From: an uncultured Alphaproteobacteria bacterium
GTDB taxonomy: Bacteria; Pseudomonadota; Alphaproteobacteria; RF32; CAG-239
DNA: 64,000 nt
Direction of reading: 5' to 3'
NCBI GenBank assembly: GCA_944392155.1
Contig: CALXVR010000003.1
Coordinates: forward strand, 3,059-67,058
Shown: piece by piece, positions 19,210 to 28,058 of the stretch
Position numbering within the stretch: position 1 is the first letter of the stretch
Layout: every line of letters starts with the position of its first letter
Made by a program: the position numbers and the translations under genes
Notes under the pieces: model-generated
Told to the model about the DNA's origin: nothing
Database searches by the model: none
What the model saw: only the letters and a program-made list of their open reading frames with translations

Positions 19210-19581
19210 ATGAAAAAATTTATGTTGTTGACGGCAGCCTTGGTATTTTTGTTCTCTGCGGATATTGTTTATGCGCAAAAGGAGCAAGAGCCTCAGCAAG
19301 CTCAGCCTTCGGCAGAGGAAATTCAGGAAAAACTGAAAGCTGCCGTTAAAGCAGAGTTTGCCAATGTTGATGTAAACAGCGACGGTGCAATATCTTTGAA
19401 TGAATTTGTCGATTATTCAACACAAGAGGCAAGAATCAAAGCCGAAAATACATTTAATGGTTTTGACACCGATAATGACGGCTTGCTTAGCGAAGATGAG
19501 TATATGGCTGCATTACAAAACATGATGCGTCTTTTGGCTGAGCAAATTAAGGCCGCAAGCGCACAGCAAAACAAAGATTAA
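19210..19581 (+). CDS. secreted EF-hand calcium-binding protein
   Basis: The signal peptide is MKKFMLLTAALVFLFSADIVYA. Two canonical 12-residue EF loops are present: DVNSDGAISLNE and DTDNDGLLSEDE. Confidence 0.8.
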   Translation: MKKFMLLTAALVFLFSADIVYAQKEQEPQQAQPSAEEIQEKLKAAVKAEFANVDVNSDGAISLNEFVDYSTQEARIKAENTFNGFDTDNDGLLSEDEYMAALQNMMRLLAEQIKAASAQQNKD

Positions 19582-19584
19582 TAT

Positions 19585-20961
19585 TTAGTTTTGTTGCCAA
19601 CCTTTAACAGCCCGGTTCCATAACTTTGGAGCCGGGATTTCTTTATTTAAATCTGCCGTTTTGTGTTTTTCCAATAATTTTGTCAGCAAATAAGGCTTAT
19701 TTTCAGAAGGCAGGACATAAATGCCTCCGACCACGGGATGCAAGCAACCACTACTTTCAGAAAATGTAAATGGTTCTCCCATAATGCGACAATAAGCCAT
19801 ATCGGCAAAGATGCGCGCTTCCATATATTGACCGCTGATGCCGTATTTATCTGACCAATCAACTTTAGGCTCTTGACCTAAACGCTTATATATTTTGGCA
19901 AAATCCACCTGATGTTCCGGCAAAATAAGCGATTTTTCTTGTAATAGGTTCTTAAAATCAGCTAGCGCTATCGGATTTTTCCAGCCGCCGCCAAAAATAA
20001 GAAAATCCGACGGGAGTTGGATATTATCCGGCACATAAGACAAACTATGCACAAAGCCATAAGAACTCAGGTAGAGCACGGTTCTTAATGTGTCCTCAAA
20101 GGAATATTCGGAACAGTTCAGGCTTTCGGTTTCCTTATACCAGCTGGGGTCGGATGATTTTGGCGGCGGCAAAAGATAAAAGTTTTTGCCTTTGGCATTG
20201 ACGGCAACCGTATTAAACAGTTTCCTTAACAGTTCGGGAACGATTTGTCCTTTTGCCGCCCAAGCTCCGTCTTTGTCATAAGGTAAGTTTTTATATTTGC
20301 GGAGAAGATAGTCCGTATAATGATTAAAAGGTCCCGTATCCCAGCCTTTGACAATGCTTTTTCCATTCTTATCCTTGGATATGATTGCAATATTACCCGT
20401 GTTGCCGGCGTTACAGAAAGCAACGGGGAACACCCCTTTTTGTTGCAAGGCTTTTGCTAAATGTTGGTTGTGAACCGGCGCAAGCGGAGCGCCCTCGCCG
20501 CCGTTTAGAATGTCATCTGAGCGGAAATCATAAATAACCGGAATTTGGGTCAAATCAGCCAGCATTTGCGCGTTGCCGACCTGAATGGTGTATGGCGGTT
20601 TGCCTTGGGCGATAGATGGAGGAAAGTGGTCGCAGGTTTGACCATGAAAACCAATGGCGGCTATTTTTTCTTTCGGGAAATCCGTCTTTTGCAGAAACTC
20701 ATTAACCGTTTGCGCAACTTCCATAGTATATTCATTGATGGCGCTGATAACTTCTTCGTCTTGTTCAAGCTTGCTCATATCCGCATTAACTGCCTTTATT
20801 TTTTGTCGCAAAGCAAGCATTTTTTGCGTTAAGCTTTTAGGGTAAGCTTTGCTATAAGCCGCAATATCCGATATATCGGCATTTTCAAAGGCGGTCAGCA
20901 CAATATCCGTGGCGTCCAAGGAATTTCCGGTCATTATGCCTAAGGTATAAACAGCTGTCAT
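19585..20961 (-). CDS. anmK: anhydro-N-acetylmuramic acid kinase (with C-terminal extension)
   Basis: The start is taken at MTAVYTLGIMTGNSLDATDIVL (ATG = complement of 20959-20961, after AGGGAG). Motifs are GFHGQT and DFRSDDILNGGEGAPLAPVHNQHL. At 458 aa it is longer than the usual ~370 aa. Confidence 0.85.
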   Translation of the reverse strand: MTAVYTLGIMTGNSLDATDIVLTAFENADISDIAAYSKAYPKSLTQKMLALRQKIKAVNADMSKLEQDEEVISAINEYTMEVAQTVNEFLQKTDFPKEKIAAIGFHGQTCDHFPPSIAQGKPPYTIQVGNAQMLADLTQIPVIYDFRSDDILNGGEGAPLAPVHNQHLAKALQQKGVFPVAFCNAGNTGNIAIISKDKNGKSIVKGWDTGPFNHYTDYLLRKYKNLPYDKDGAWAAKGQIVPELLRKLFNTVAVNAKGKNFYLLPPPKSSDPSWYKETESLNCSEYSFEDTLRTVLYLSSYGFVHSLSYVPDNIQLPSDFLIFGGGWKNPIALADFKNLLQEKSLILPEHQVDFAKIYKRLGQEPKVDWSDKYGISGQYMEARIFADMAYCRIMGEPFTFSESSGCLHPVVGGIYVLPSENKPYLLTKLLEKHKTADLNKEIPAPKLWNRAVKGWQQN

Positions 20962-21013
20962 AAAAAATCTCCCTGTTTTGAGAAACAAGGAGATTTTATC
21001 CGATTTTGGTTTA

Positions 21014-21526
21014 TTAATAATTAATTCCGCCCTCTCTTTGCATTGCAAAAGCTTTTGGCATCATATAATTTTGATTATAGGAGTTAATGTAACTTTTGAA
21101 CTCGCGTTTAAAATCTTTTGCAGAACCATAATTTTTGTCTTTTACGTAGCGTAACATCGACAAATATATACAATCTTTGGCTTCCGGCTTAAAACTGGAT
21201 AAGACAGCAATTTTGCGTTGCATCATGGCTTCATAGTCAAAACTGTTTTCTCCCAAACAACGCAAACCTCTGAGCTGCTTTTGAGAATGTTGTATGGCTT
21301 CCTCATTGCGCTTGATTTGAAATTCGGCCAGAATACCGTGGTAATTAACCATGGCATCTAAGTCACTGACTTCATCAAGTTTTTTACTTAAATTTTTGCT
21401 GTCTTCTGACGGATTTGTTTTCTGAAGTGTTTGATACAAAAACGCAAATAGTGTCGTTTTGTTTTCTTTGGCAATGTCCAATCTTCTTAAAAAGGTCATG
21501 CCCGGAGTTTCAATTATCTCTCTCAT
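21014..21526 (-). CDS. hypothetical protein
   Basis: 170-aa ORF with a helical-looking composition. No family recognised. It is divergent from the operon starting at 21710. Confidence 0.5.
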   Translation of the reverse strand: MREIIETPGMTFLRRLDIAKENKTTLFAFLYQTLQKTNPSEDSKNLSKKLDEVSDLDAMVNYHGILAEFQIKRNEEAIQHSQKQLRGLRCLGENSFDYEAMMQRKIAVLSSFKPEAKDCIYLSMLRYVKDKNYGSAKDFKREFKSYINSYNQNYMMPKAFAMQREGGINY

Positions 21527-21709
21527 CTAAGGCCTCCGTCATAATTATATTATAGTTTTAGTATAGCACAAACAGCATCGCATAACAACTTATTTTGTAA
21601 CAAAAACGTAACAAAACGCCTTTATAAAAAAAGCGTTGGAATGTACATAAATTTTGTTTGCGTCAATTTTTTATTTATTGTACCTTGTGTGGGTGAAGGA
21701 GTTTTTTTT

Positions 21710-22405
21710 ATGTCTCACATTTGTTATTCATCAGAAGTATATCACCTTGACCCCAACGACCTAATCTCATTAAAAGACAGTGAGATAAAAGAAAAAGATA
21801 ATGTTTTAGATGAAGTTGTTTTACTCATTGGGCATAATAATATTTGGATAGATAAATCTACAGGGACGCCTGATACTCTTCTGTGCGGACGAGAAGTTGT
21901 AAAAAAAGCTATTGAACAAAAACAAGCTTTTATTCCGGTTCGGATTGCTTTTATTCCCAAAATAAGCCGCTTTGACTTTTTATCTCCTCTTATCAGGGTG
22001 CTGAGATACAAGCATAAATTCTACTCTTCACAAATTTATCACATTGATCCCTTTGAAATTAGGGCAAAAAAGATTGAACGCAATTTTCGCACAAAAGAAA
22101 ATGCGTATAAGTTCACAAATCCCAAACATAGGGTTTCGGATGTTCAGCGCTTGGATATGTACGAAAAACTAAAAGAAAGCATGATGACTAATGGTTACAA
22201 TGACCGTTTCCCTATTGATATTATGCTTTGTCGGATTTTGGGCGTGCAAGACACGCTTAACCAAGGACATCATCGTATGGGCGTAGCCATAGACTGCAAT
22301 ATTCACAGAATTGCTGTTATGTTCTCTGCTGTCGGACAAGCTCCAAGCTTTTTGCGGCCTTTGTTTAAGGTCTTGGCAAAAATTATGTTGTTATTCAAGC
22401 AATGA
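21710..22405 (+). CDS. hypothetical protein with two tandem ParB/sulfiredoxin-like domains
   Basis: The start is ATG 21710, after GAAGGAG. There is an internal duplication: YSSEVYHLDPNDL...LLCGREVVKKAIEQKQAFIPVRI and YSSQIYHIDPFEI...LNQGHHRMGVAIDCNIHRIAV. Both resemble the ParB-N pattern (site .. G.hR..aA...g...ipv). Confidence 0.55.
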   Translation: MSHICYSSEVYHLDPNDLISLKDSEIKEKDNVLDEVVLLIGHNNIWIDKSTGTPDTLLCGREVVKKAIEQKQAFIPVRIAFIPKISRFDFLSPLIRVLRYKHKFYSSQIYHIDPFEIRAKKIERNFRTKENAYKFTNPKHRVSDVQRLDMYEKLKESMMTNGYNDRFPIDIMLCRILGVQDTLNQGHHRMGVAIDCNIHRIAVMFSAVGQAPSFLRPLFKVLAKIMLLFKQ

Positions 22406-22414
22406 GTGTTGATT

Positions 22415-23473
22415 ATGAAAAATATCGTCCATATCTCTAACTTTAATCTTATGCGCCTAAAGGGTTGTTTTCAAAACGGTTTTCCGATTAAAATTTCTAA
22501 TGGTCTGATTCGTAACGGCTATGCGGTTTTGAACTATCCGGACAGAGATTTGTGCCGGATGTTTGGTTTCGGGCATATGAATTTTTGGGGCAAGAGGAAA
22601 CTTAACCAGCACCTCATCAACTATTGCAAAACCGTTAAACCCGACGCTTTGCTTATCGGACATGCTGATTTAATTGAAGCTGATATTCTCTTAAAAATCA
22701 AAGAGATTTTCCCTCACCTTCGCATCATGCAATGGAGTTGTGATTGGATTGTTCCAGGGTTGGCAGAGCGCAATATTGCCGCCCTAAAAAAATATTTGGA
22801 TGTGGTTGATGTTTTGATGATTTCAACCGGAGATGAAAAGCTTCTGCGTCAATTTAAGCTTCCTCGCAATAAAGTGGCTTATCTTCCTAATATGGCTGAT
22901 AATTCTATTGAAACAAACCGTTGCTTTGAGAAAGAAAGCCTGCCCTATGATATTATGCTTTGCACAAACACGGGCAAACGCCAGTTTTGCGGAAAAGATG
23001 AGGAAATTGAGCAAGTTATTGATGAAGCGAATGCAAAAGTTCCGAATCTGAAATGGCTTTTGGCCGGACTTAAAGGCAACCCTAACCTCAACGGATACGA
23101 ATATATTGAGGCTTTGGGCAAAGCGGCTATGGGCTTGAACTTGAGCCGTGTTAACGATATATATTTGTATAGCTCTGACAGGTTGGCGCATATTATGGCG
23201 GACGGACAACTGGCTTTTATTGACAGAAGAAACGGATTTTCTACGCTCTTTGAGGAAGATGAGGCCGCTTTTTATGATACTAAAGAAGAATTTTTTGATA
23301 AGCTTCGGTATTTTAAAGAAAATCCGCAAAAGCGTATGGAAGTGGCGCGCAAAGGTTGGCAAAAAATTCATACCGAATATAACGAGCGCGTGGTTACAAA
23401 GTTTATGGCGGATTTGTTATTTGATAAATATGAACCTCAAGGAAAACCTTGGCAGATTGTGATTAACGACTGA
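22415..23473 (+). CDS. CgeB-family (Glyco_trans_1_2-like) glycosyltransferase
   Basis: 352 aa. The C-terminal region AFYDTKEEFFDKLRYFKENPQKRMEVARKGWQKIHTEYNERVVTKFMADLL is typical of CgeB-like GT-B enzymes. ATG 22415 is preferred over the track GTG at 22406. Confidence 0.65.
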   Translation: MKNIVHISNFNLMRLKGCFQNGFPIKISNGLIRNGYAVLNYPDRDLCRMFGFGHMNFWGKRKLNQHLINYCKTVKPDALLIGHADLIEADILLKIKEIFPHLRIMQWSCDWIVPGLAERNIAALKKYLDVVDVLMISTGDEKLLRQFKLPRNKVAYLPNMADNSIETNRCFEKESLPYDIMLCTNTGKRQFCGKDEEIEQVIDEANAKVPNLKWLLAGLKGNPNLNGYEYIEALGKAAMGLNLSRVNDIYLYSSDRLAHIMADGQLAFIDRRNGFSTLFEEDEAAFYDTKEEFFDKLRYFKENPQKRMEVARKGWQKIHTEYNERVVTKFMADLLFDKYEPQGKPWQIVIND

Positions 23474-23487
23474 TTGGAGAGAAAAAA

Positions 23488-24114
23488 ATGCGATATAATC
23501 ATCAGTGGGCGGTTGAGTTGTTTCAGGAGTTTTTGGCAAAACATCAGAATGAGCTGACTGCTCCGATGATTGTGGCGGCAGAGTTCGTGATGGAGGCACA
23601 CCGCGGACAAACGCGCAAAAGCTCTGATATTCCCTATGTTTCTCACTTATTTGAAGTCGCCGGTATTTTGATGGAGCACAAAGCTTGCGAAAACTTGGTT
23701 ATTGCCGGCCTACTCCACGATGTTTTGGAAGACACCAACAAGACAATTGCGGATATGGAATGTTTATTTGCCCCATCCAAAGCCAAAGAGATTATCAAAC
23801 TTGTACTGGCTGACACCGAAAAAGATAAATCTATGCCATGGAAACAGCGCAAGCTGGAAACAATCGGCTATCTTAAGCGCACAAAGAGCAAAAACGGTAT
23901 GCTTTTGATTGCCGCCGACAAGCTTTCTAACCTGCGGTCTTTTTACAGAACCCTGCAAGACTGCGGCGAAAGTATGTGGCAAGATTATAACTCCGGCAAA
24001 GAAGACCAGCATTGGTATTATGAAACAATCGGAGAACTATTGAATAATAAATTAAGCAATTACAATAAAATAAACAAAGAATATAAAGAATTACTTAAAG
24101 TTGTCTTTAAATAA
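23488..24114 (+). CDS. RelA/SpoT-type HD-domain hydrolase (small alarmone hydrolase-like)
   Basis: 208 aa. The motif AHRGQTRKSSDIPYVSHLFEVAGIL...AGLLHDVLEDT (HD_4-type pyrophosphohydrolase) is present. There is no synthetase domain. Confidence 0.75.
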   Translation: MRYNHQWAVELFQEFLAKHQNELTAPMIVAAEFVMEAHRGQTRKSSDIPYVSHLFEVAGILMEHKACENLVIAGLLHDVLEDTNKTIADMECLFAPSKAKEIIKLVLADTEKDKSMPWKQRKLETIGYLKRTKSKNGMLLIAADKLSNLRSFYRTLQDCGESMWQDYNSGKEDQHWYYETIGELLNNKLSNYNKINKEYKELLKVVFK

Positions 24115-24130
24115 TTTGAGGAGAGTTTTT

Positions 24131-25081
24131 ATGAAAAAATTGTCTTTTGTTGCTTTGGCTTTGTCGGGAATATTTTGTCTTACACCGCTCTCTTTGAGCC
24201 TGAGTGCGGAGAATAGCGTTGTTGCGCCTGCCTCGCAAAATGAAATGAGCAAAGAAACTTATGAAAAATTCAAAAAAATTATGCTTGAAGGCTCGCCTGA
24301 TGATTTGCGCAAACTTATTAAAGATGGTTTTGATGTTAATCTTACTTATAACGGAACAACGCCTTTGTTCAAAGCTATTGGCAATATACCCTATGCTTTC
24401 GGAGCTCTTACATCGCAAATCTCTCCTGATAACGCCTTGGAAAAAGTTAAGATTATATTAGAGGCCGGTGCTAACCCTAATCAAGAAAGCGGAAATAAAT
24501 TGCGCATTTTGCCGCTAGAATCCGCCATACATATTCCTTTTAAAATTCATAATTATGAAAAAGCTTCTTATGATGTTCTTGTGGATGTGATAAAATCGGG
24601 TGTAGATAACAATTATTGTATTGTTAATTTTGCCAAGTCGTGTGATGCCGTAACGCAGGAAGATTTGGATCTTTTGAAATATAAGATTAATCAGGCCTAC
24701 AAGATTGCTTCGCAAAGCGCGGACGACTATGTATTGAAAACCGTGACTTTGTTGGTTGAGAATGGTGCTGATGTGAATGCCAAAGATTCTGACGGCAAAC
24801 CGGTTATCTTTTCTGCCTTAGTCGGAACGCGTCCCGTAGATTTAGAGATATTGAAGTTTTTGATTTCCAAAGGTGCTGATGTAAATATTCGGGACGCACA
24901 AGGAAATACGCCGCTGTTTTTCGCCTTCGGAAATCAGGCGGCTGTTGACATTTTGCTTGCTGCCGGTGCGGATAAATCTCTTTATAACTATAGCGGTATG
25001 CGCTATGATGAATATACCAAAAGAACAAAGAGCAACTATGTAGATGCGGACGGAAGTGTAAAGTCTGAATATTTGGATTAA
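24131..25081 (+). CDS. secreted ankyrin-repeat protein
   Basis: The start is ATG 24131, with signal peptide MKKLSFVALALSGIFCLTPLSLSLSA. ANK-like repeats include NGADVNAKDSDGKPVIFSAL and KGADVNIRDAQGNTPLFFAFGNQAAVDILLAAGADKS. Confidence 0.8.
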   Translation: MKKLSFVALALSGIFCLTPLSLSLSAENSVVAPASQNEMSKETYEKFKKIMLEGSPDDLRKLIKDGFDVNLTYNGTTPLFKAIGNIPYAFGALTSQISPDNALEKVKIILEAGANPNQESGNKLRILPLESAIHIPFKIHNYEKASYDVLVDVIKSGVDNNYCIVNFAKSCDAVTQEDLDLLKYKINQAYKIASQSADDYVLKTVTLLVENGADVNAKDSDGKPVIFSALVGTRPVDLEILKFLISKGADVNIRDAQGNTPLFFAFGNQAAVDILLAAGADKSLYNYSGMRYDEYTKRTKSNYVDADGSVKSEYLD

Positions 25082-25132
25082 TCAGGCAAAACGGCGGCGG
25101 CTGTCATAAGCTAAGCCACTTCCGTCAACAGT

Positions 25133-26206
25133 TTATTTTATCAGTTCCTGCAGAATCGGGTCGGTATTGATAAAGCTCAAGGCTTTGTCATAACTATCCG
25201 GCTCCGAAAGAATGGTATAAAATCCGCGCTTGATGCTCGGCGCTAGCTTTAGTGCCGCCTCAAACTCGGATTTTTTGAACGGATTTTGTTTTACGAAGTC
25301 AAAGAAGCCTGTTTTATGCAAAATCTCTCGCAGACTGTCCGTACTGGGGTTATTCTGCAGCAAAGCGCAGAGATAAGTCGCTGTTCCGACCTGCAAGCCG
25401 TGCATTTGCGGACGCTCCGAAATGCTGTCCAGAGCATGAGATATGAGGTGTTCCGAACCGCTTGCCGGTCTGGATGTACCGGCAACTTCCATAGCAATAC
25501 CACTCATCAGCAAAGATGTGCTTAAGCTCCGCTGAAACTCCGGCGCATTGATGTCATAAGAATGTTTTATGAACAGCAAATCAAGCGAGTTATAGGCCAG
25601 CATGGAAGCAAAGTCGCTGTAACGCTCAAGTTTGCGGTTGGCGGCTTCTTTCCAATCGGCCAGAGCCGTTATCTTGGAAACCATATCGCCGATGCCGGAA
25701 TAAAAGAAAATCGGCGGGCAACTTTTGATGACATCTAAATCCATAACAACACCGAAAGGAATGCTTGATTTGACAGTCTTACGTTTGCCATCCACAGTGA
25801 GCGAAGAGGTCGGGCTGCAAAACCCATCGTTTGATGTTGAGGTCGGAACACTCACGAAAGGCAAGCGCAGTAGATGCGCCGAATATTTGGCAAAATCCAG
25901 AGCTTTGCCGCCGCCGATACCTACAATGGCATCTGTTTCGGGCGGTAGCTGAAAGGCGGTTTTGTTTATGGCCTCAATGCTTATGTCATTGATGATTTGC
26001 TTATGCGCAATATGTATATTGTTATCCTTAAAACCCTGATAGAGCTTCTCGCCAATAAGTTCTTCCGTTCCCTCGCCTAGAAAAAGCGCAATATTCTGCA
26101 GGTTTTTATCTATCAGATATTTGCCAATCTTATAAATTTTGCCATTACCGATTTTCAAAAGATAAGGAATATTGATTTGTTTGTTGATATAGGGCTGGTT
26201 AAACAT
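25133..26206 (-). CDS. NAD(P)-dependent glycerol-1-phosphate dehydrogenase family protein (EgsA/AraM-like)
   Basis: 357 aa. Motifs are GIGGGKALDFAKY, VSVPTSTSNDGFCSP, GIGDMVSKITALADW and GTSRPASGSEHLISHALD. This matches the G1PDH branch of iron-dependent alcohol dehydrogenase-like enzymes as I know it. Confidence 0.75.
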   Translation of the reverse strand: MFNQPYINKQINIPYLLKIGNGKIYKIGKYLIDKNLQNIALFLGEGTEELIGEKLYQGFKDNNIHIAHKQIINDISIEAINKTAFQLPPETDAIVGIGGGKALDFAKYSAHLLRLPFVSVPTSTSNDGFCSPTSSLTVDGKRKTVKSSIPFGVVMDLDVIKSCPPIFFYSGIGDMVSKITALADWKEAANRKLERYSDFASMLAYNSLDLLFIKHSYDINAPEFQRSLSTSLLMSGIAMEVAGTSRPASGSEHLISHALDSISERPQMHGLQVGTATYLCALLQNNPSTDSLREILHKTGFFDFVKQNPFKKSEFEAALKLAPSIKRGFYTILSEPDSYDKALSFINTDPILQELIK

Positions 26207-26207
26207 T

Positions 26208-26861
26208 TCAGAGCTCCTTCAAATAAGCATTGATAACACCAAAGTCCTTGAACGGATGTGCCTTTACGCCGTTTTCCAAGCATTTTACCAATAAATCACG
26301 GCGGGCAAAAACGACATCGGCATTCCAAGCGGCTTCATAATCCGGCAAGCCATCTCCGGCATAAATAACTTCATATCCTTCGCGATGCAGCTTTTGCACA
26401 ATTGCGGCTTTGGAAATACCTGTATTTTCGTCATAATAGGGACTGTTTTGCTCTGGCTTATATATCATCAACCCTTGCTTGGGGGTATATTCACCATGGT
26501 TGGTTACCAAGGTGACGTTATATTTTTGCAAAATGTCGCCGATTAGGAAGTCAATATAATAATCACAACCTGCCGAACAGATGTACAAAGGAATGCCTTT
26601 TTCTTTGCAGATTTGCGCTGCTTCTATAAAACCTTTATCTACCGGAATTTTGCGCATAAAAGCATCTAATTCTTCCTGAGGGACGCGGATTTTGGCAAAC
26701 ATCTCTTTTAAAGCGCTGAAATGCGTTTGTTCGCCGGACTTAAACCTTCTCCACGGCTCCAAAGCCTTATCATCAAAGAAAGCATTGGTAGCATAAGCAA
26801 AGAAGTCATCGTCGGTTATGGTGCCGTCAAAATCGCTGACAAAAGCTGTTTTGGGTTGCAT
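26208..26861 (-). CDS. HAD-superfamily phosphatase (subfamily IB, MtnX/PSPase-like)
   Basis: 217 aa. HAD motif I is FVSDFDGTITDDD and the C-terminal motif is YAGDGLPD. It lies 1 nt upstream of the G1PDH-like gene. Confidence 0.75.
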   Translation of the reverse strand: MQPKTAFVSDFDGTITDDDFFAYATNAFFDDKALEPWRRFKSGEQTHFSALKEMFAKIRVPQEELDAFMRKIPVDKGFIEAAQICKEKGIPLYICSAGCDYYIDFLIGDILQKYNVTLVTNHGEYTPKQGLMIYKPEQNSPYYDENTGISKAAIVQKLHREGYEVIYAGDGLPDYEAAWNADVVFARRDLLVKCLENGVKAHPFKDFGVINAYLKEL

Positions 26862-26975
26862 GCGCCCTCCTCTTTTAAGGTTTTTGTATATTATATATAA
26901 ATATTCTTTATTTTTTATAAAGATTTATGCTATATTAAAGTTTGGAATCAACAACATGAGGTTATTTTTTTTATA

Positions 26976-28025
26976 ATGTTTCTTTTAATATTTTTTGCCA
27001 CAACGGCAATCGGTATTTCCTTTTTGTGTTCGGTTATGGAAGCCGCTTTATTATCCATCACCCCGAGCTATATTGCTCAACTTGAAGAAAAAAGCCCTAA
27101 ATGGTTCAAACAAGTTAATGCCTTGAAACAAGACATTGATACGCCTTTGGCTGCTATTTTGACCCTTAACACCATTGCGCATACGGTCGGTGCTGCCGGT
27201 GTGGGTGCTCAGGTTGCCGAGATGTACGGTCAATCTTACTTGGGTTTGGCCTCGGCGATTATGACCTTGGCGATTTTGGTCTTATCTGAGATTTTGCCCA
27301 AAACTATCGGTGCAAAATATTGGCGTAAGCTTGTTCCGTCTATGTGTGTTACCCTGAAAGTTATGATTATCATTTTGCGCCCGTTCCTTTATATCTCAAG
27401 CTTTATTATGGGAATGTTCGGTAATGATGATGACCCGACAAATATTAAAGATGAGATTAAAGCTTTGGCTAAAATGGGGCGTGATGAAAAAGTTATTGAT
27501 GAAAACAAGTATCGCGTCATCAGAAATGTTATTAACTTGCAAGAAGTCCGCGTAAAAGATGTGATGACTCCGCGCACCGTTGTGCATACGGTTAAACCCG
27601 GCACTACCATTAAGGAATTTGATAAGTTTTTGACGACGACACCTTTCTCTCGTTTTCCGATTGTTGATGAGGCTGAGCAGAAGTTTTTGGGTTATATTCA
27701 TAAGTCCAGCTCTTACAGAGCTGAGGATGATAATCGTCCGGTTGAAGATTATGCTCGTCCGATGGCAAGCTTTTCTACTGATGCACGTTTGGAAGATGTC
27801 TTAAGTTCTATGCTTACAGATCATAACCATATGGCTTTGGTGGTTGACCCTTTTGAAAACTGGGTGGGTATTATCACTCTTGAGGATGTTATTGAAACCA
27901 TCCTTGGCAACGAAATTATTGATGAAACTGACCAAGTGGCCGATATGCGCCTTTATGCTAAGCTTAAATGGAAAAAGAAAAAAGAGCAAAAAGGTATCGG
28001 GCTTGAGGGAACTCCAGCCGAATAA
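26976..28025 (+). CDS. CNNM/CorB-type transporter (DUF21 membrane domain + CBS pair; hemolysin-family annotation)
   Basis: 349 aa. The N-terminal 4-TM region carries LLSITPS...LNTIAHTVGA, followed by a CBS pair (VKDVMTPRT...). There is no obvious CorC/HlyC C-terminal domain. Confidence 0.8.
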   Translation: MFLLIFFATTAIGISFLCSVMEAALLSITPSYIAQLEEKSPKWFKQVNALKQDIDTPLAAILTLNTIAHTVGAAGVGAQVAEMYGQSYLGLASAIMTLAILVLSEILPKTIGAKYWRKLVPSMCVTLKVMIIILRPFLYISSFIMGMFGNDDDPTNIKDEIKALAKMGRDEKVIDENKYRVIRNVINLQEVRVKDVMTPRTVVHTVKPGTTIKEFDKFLTTTPFSRFPIVDEAEQKFLGYIHKSSSYRAEDDNRPVEDYARPMASFSTDARLEDVLSSMLTDHNHMALVVDPFENWVGIITLEDVIETILGNEIIDETDQVADMRLYAKLKWKKKKEQKGIGLEGTPAE

Positions 28026-28028
28026 ACT

Positions 28029-28058
28029 TAAAATCCCCGCTTATAACGGGGATTTTTT
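28029..28058 (+). terminator. intrinsic terminator downstream of the CNNM gene (overlaps the last codons of the convergent gene)
   Basis: Stem AAATCCCCG (28031-28039) / CGGGGATTT (28047-28055), followed by a T-run. Confidence 0.75.
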
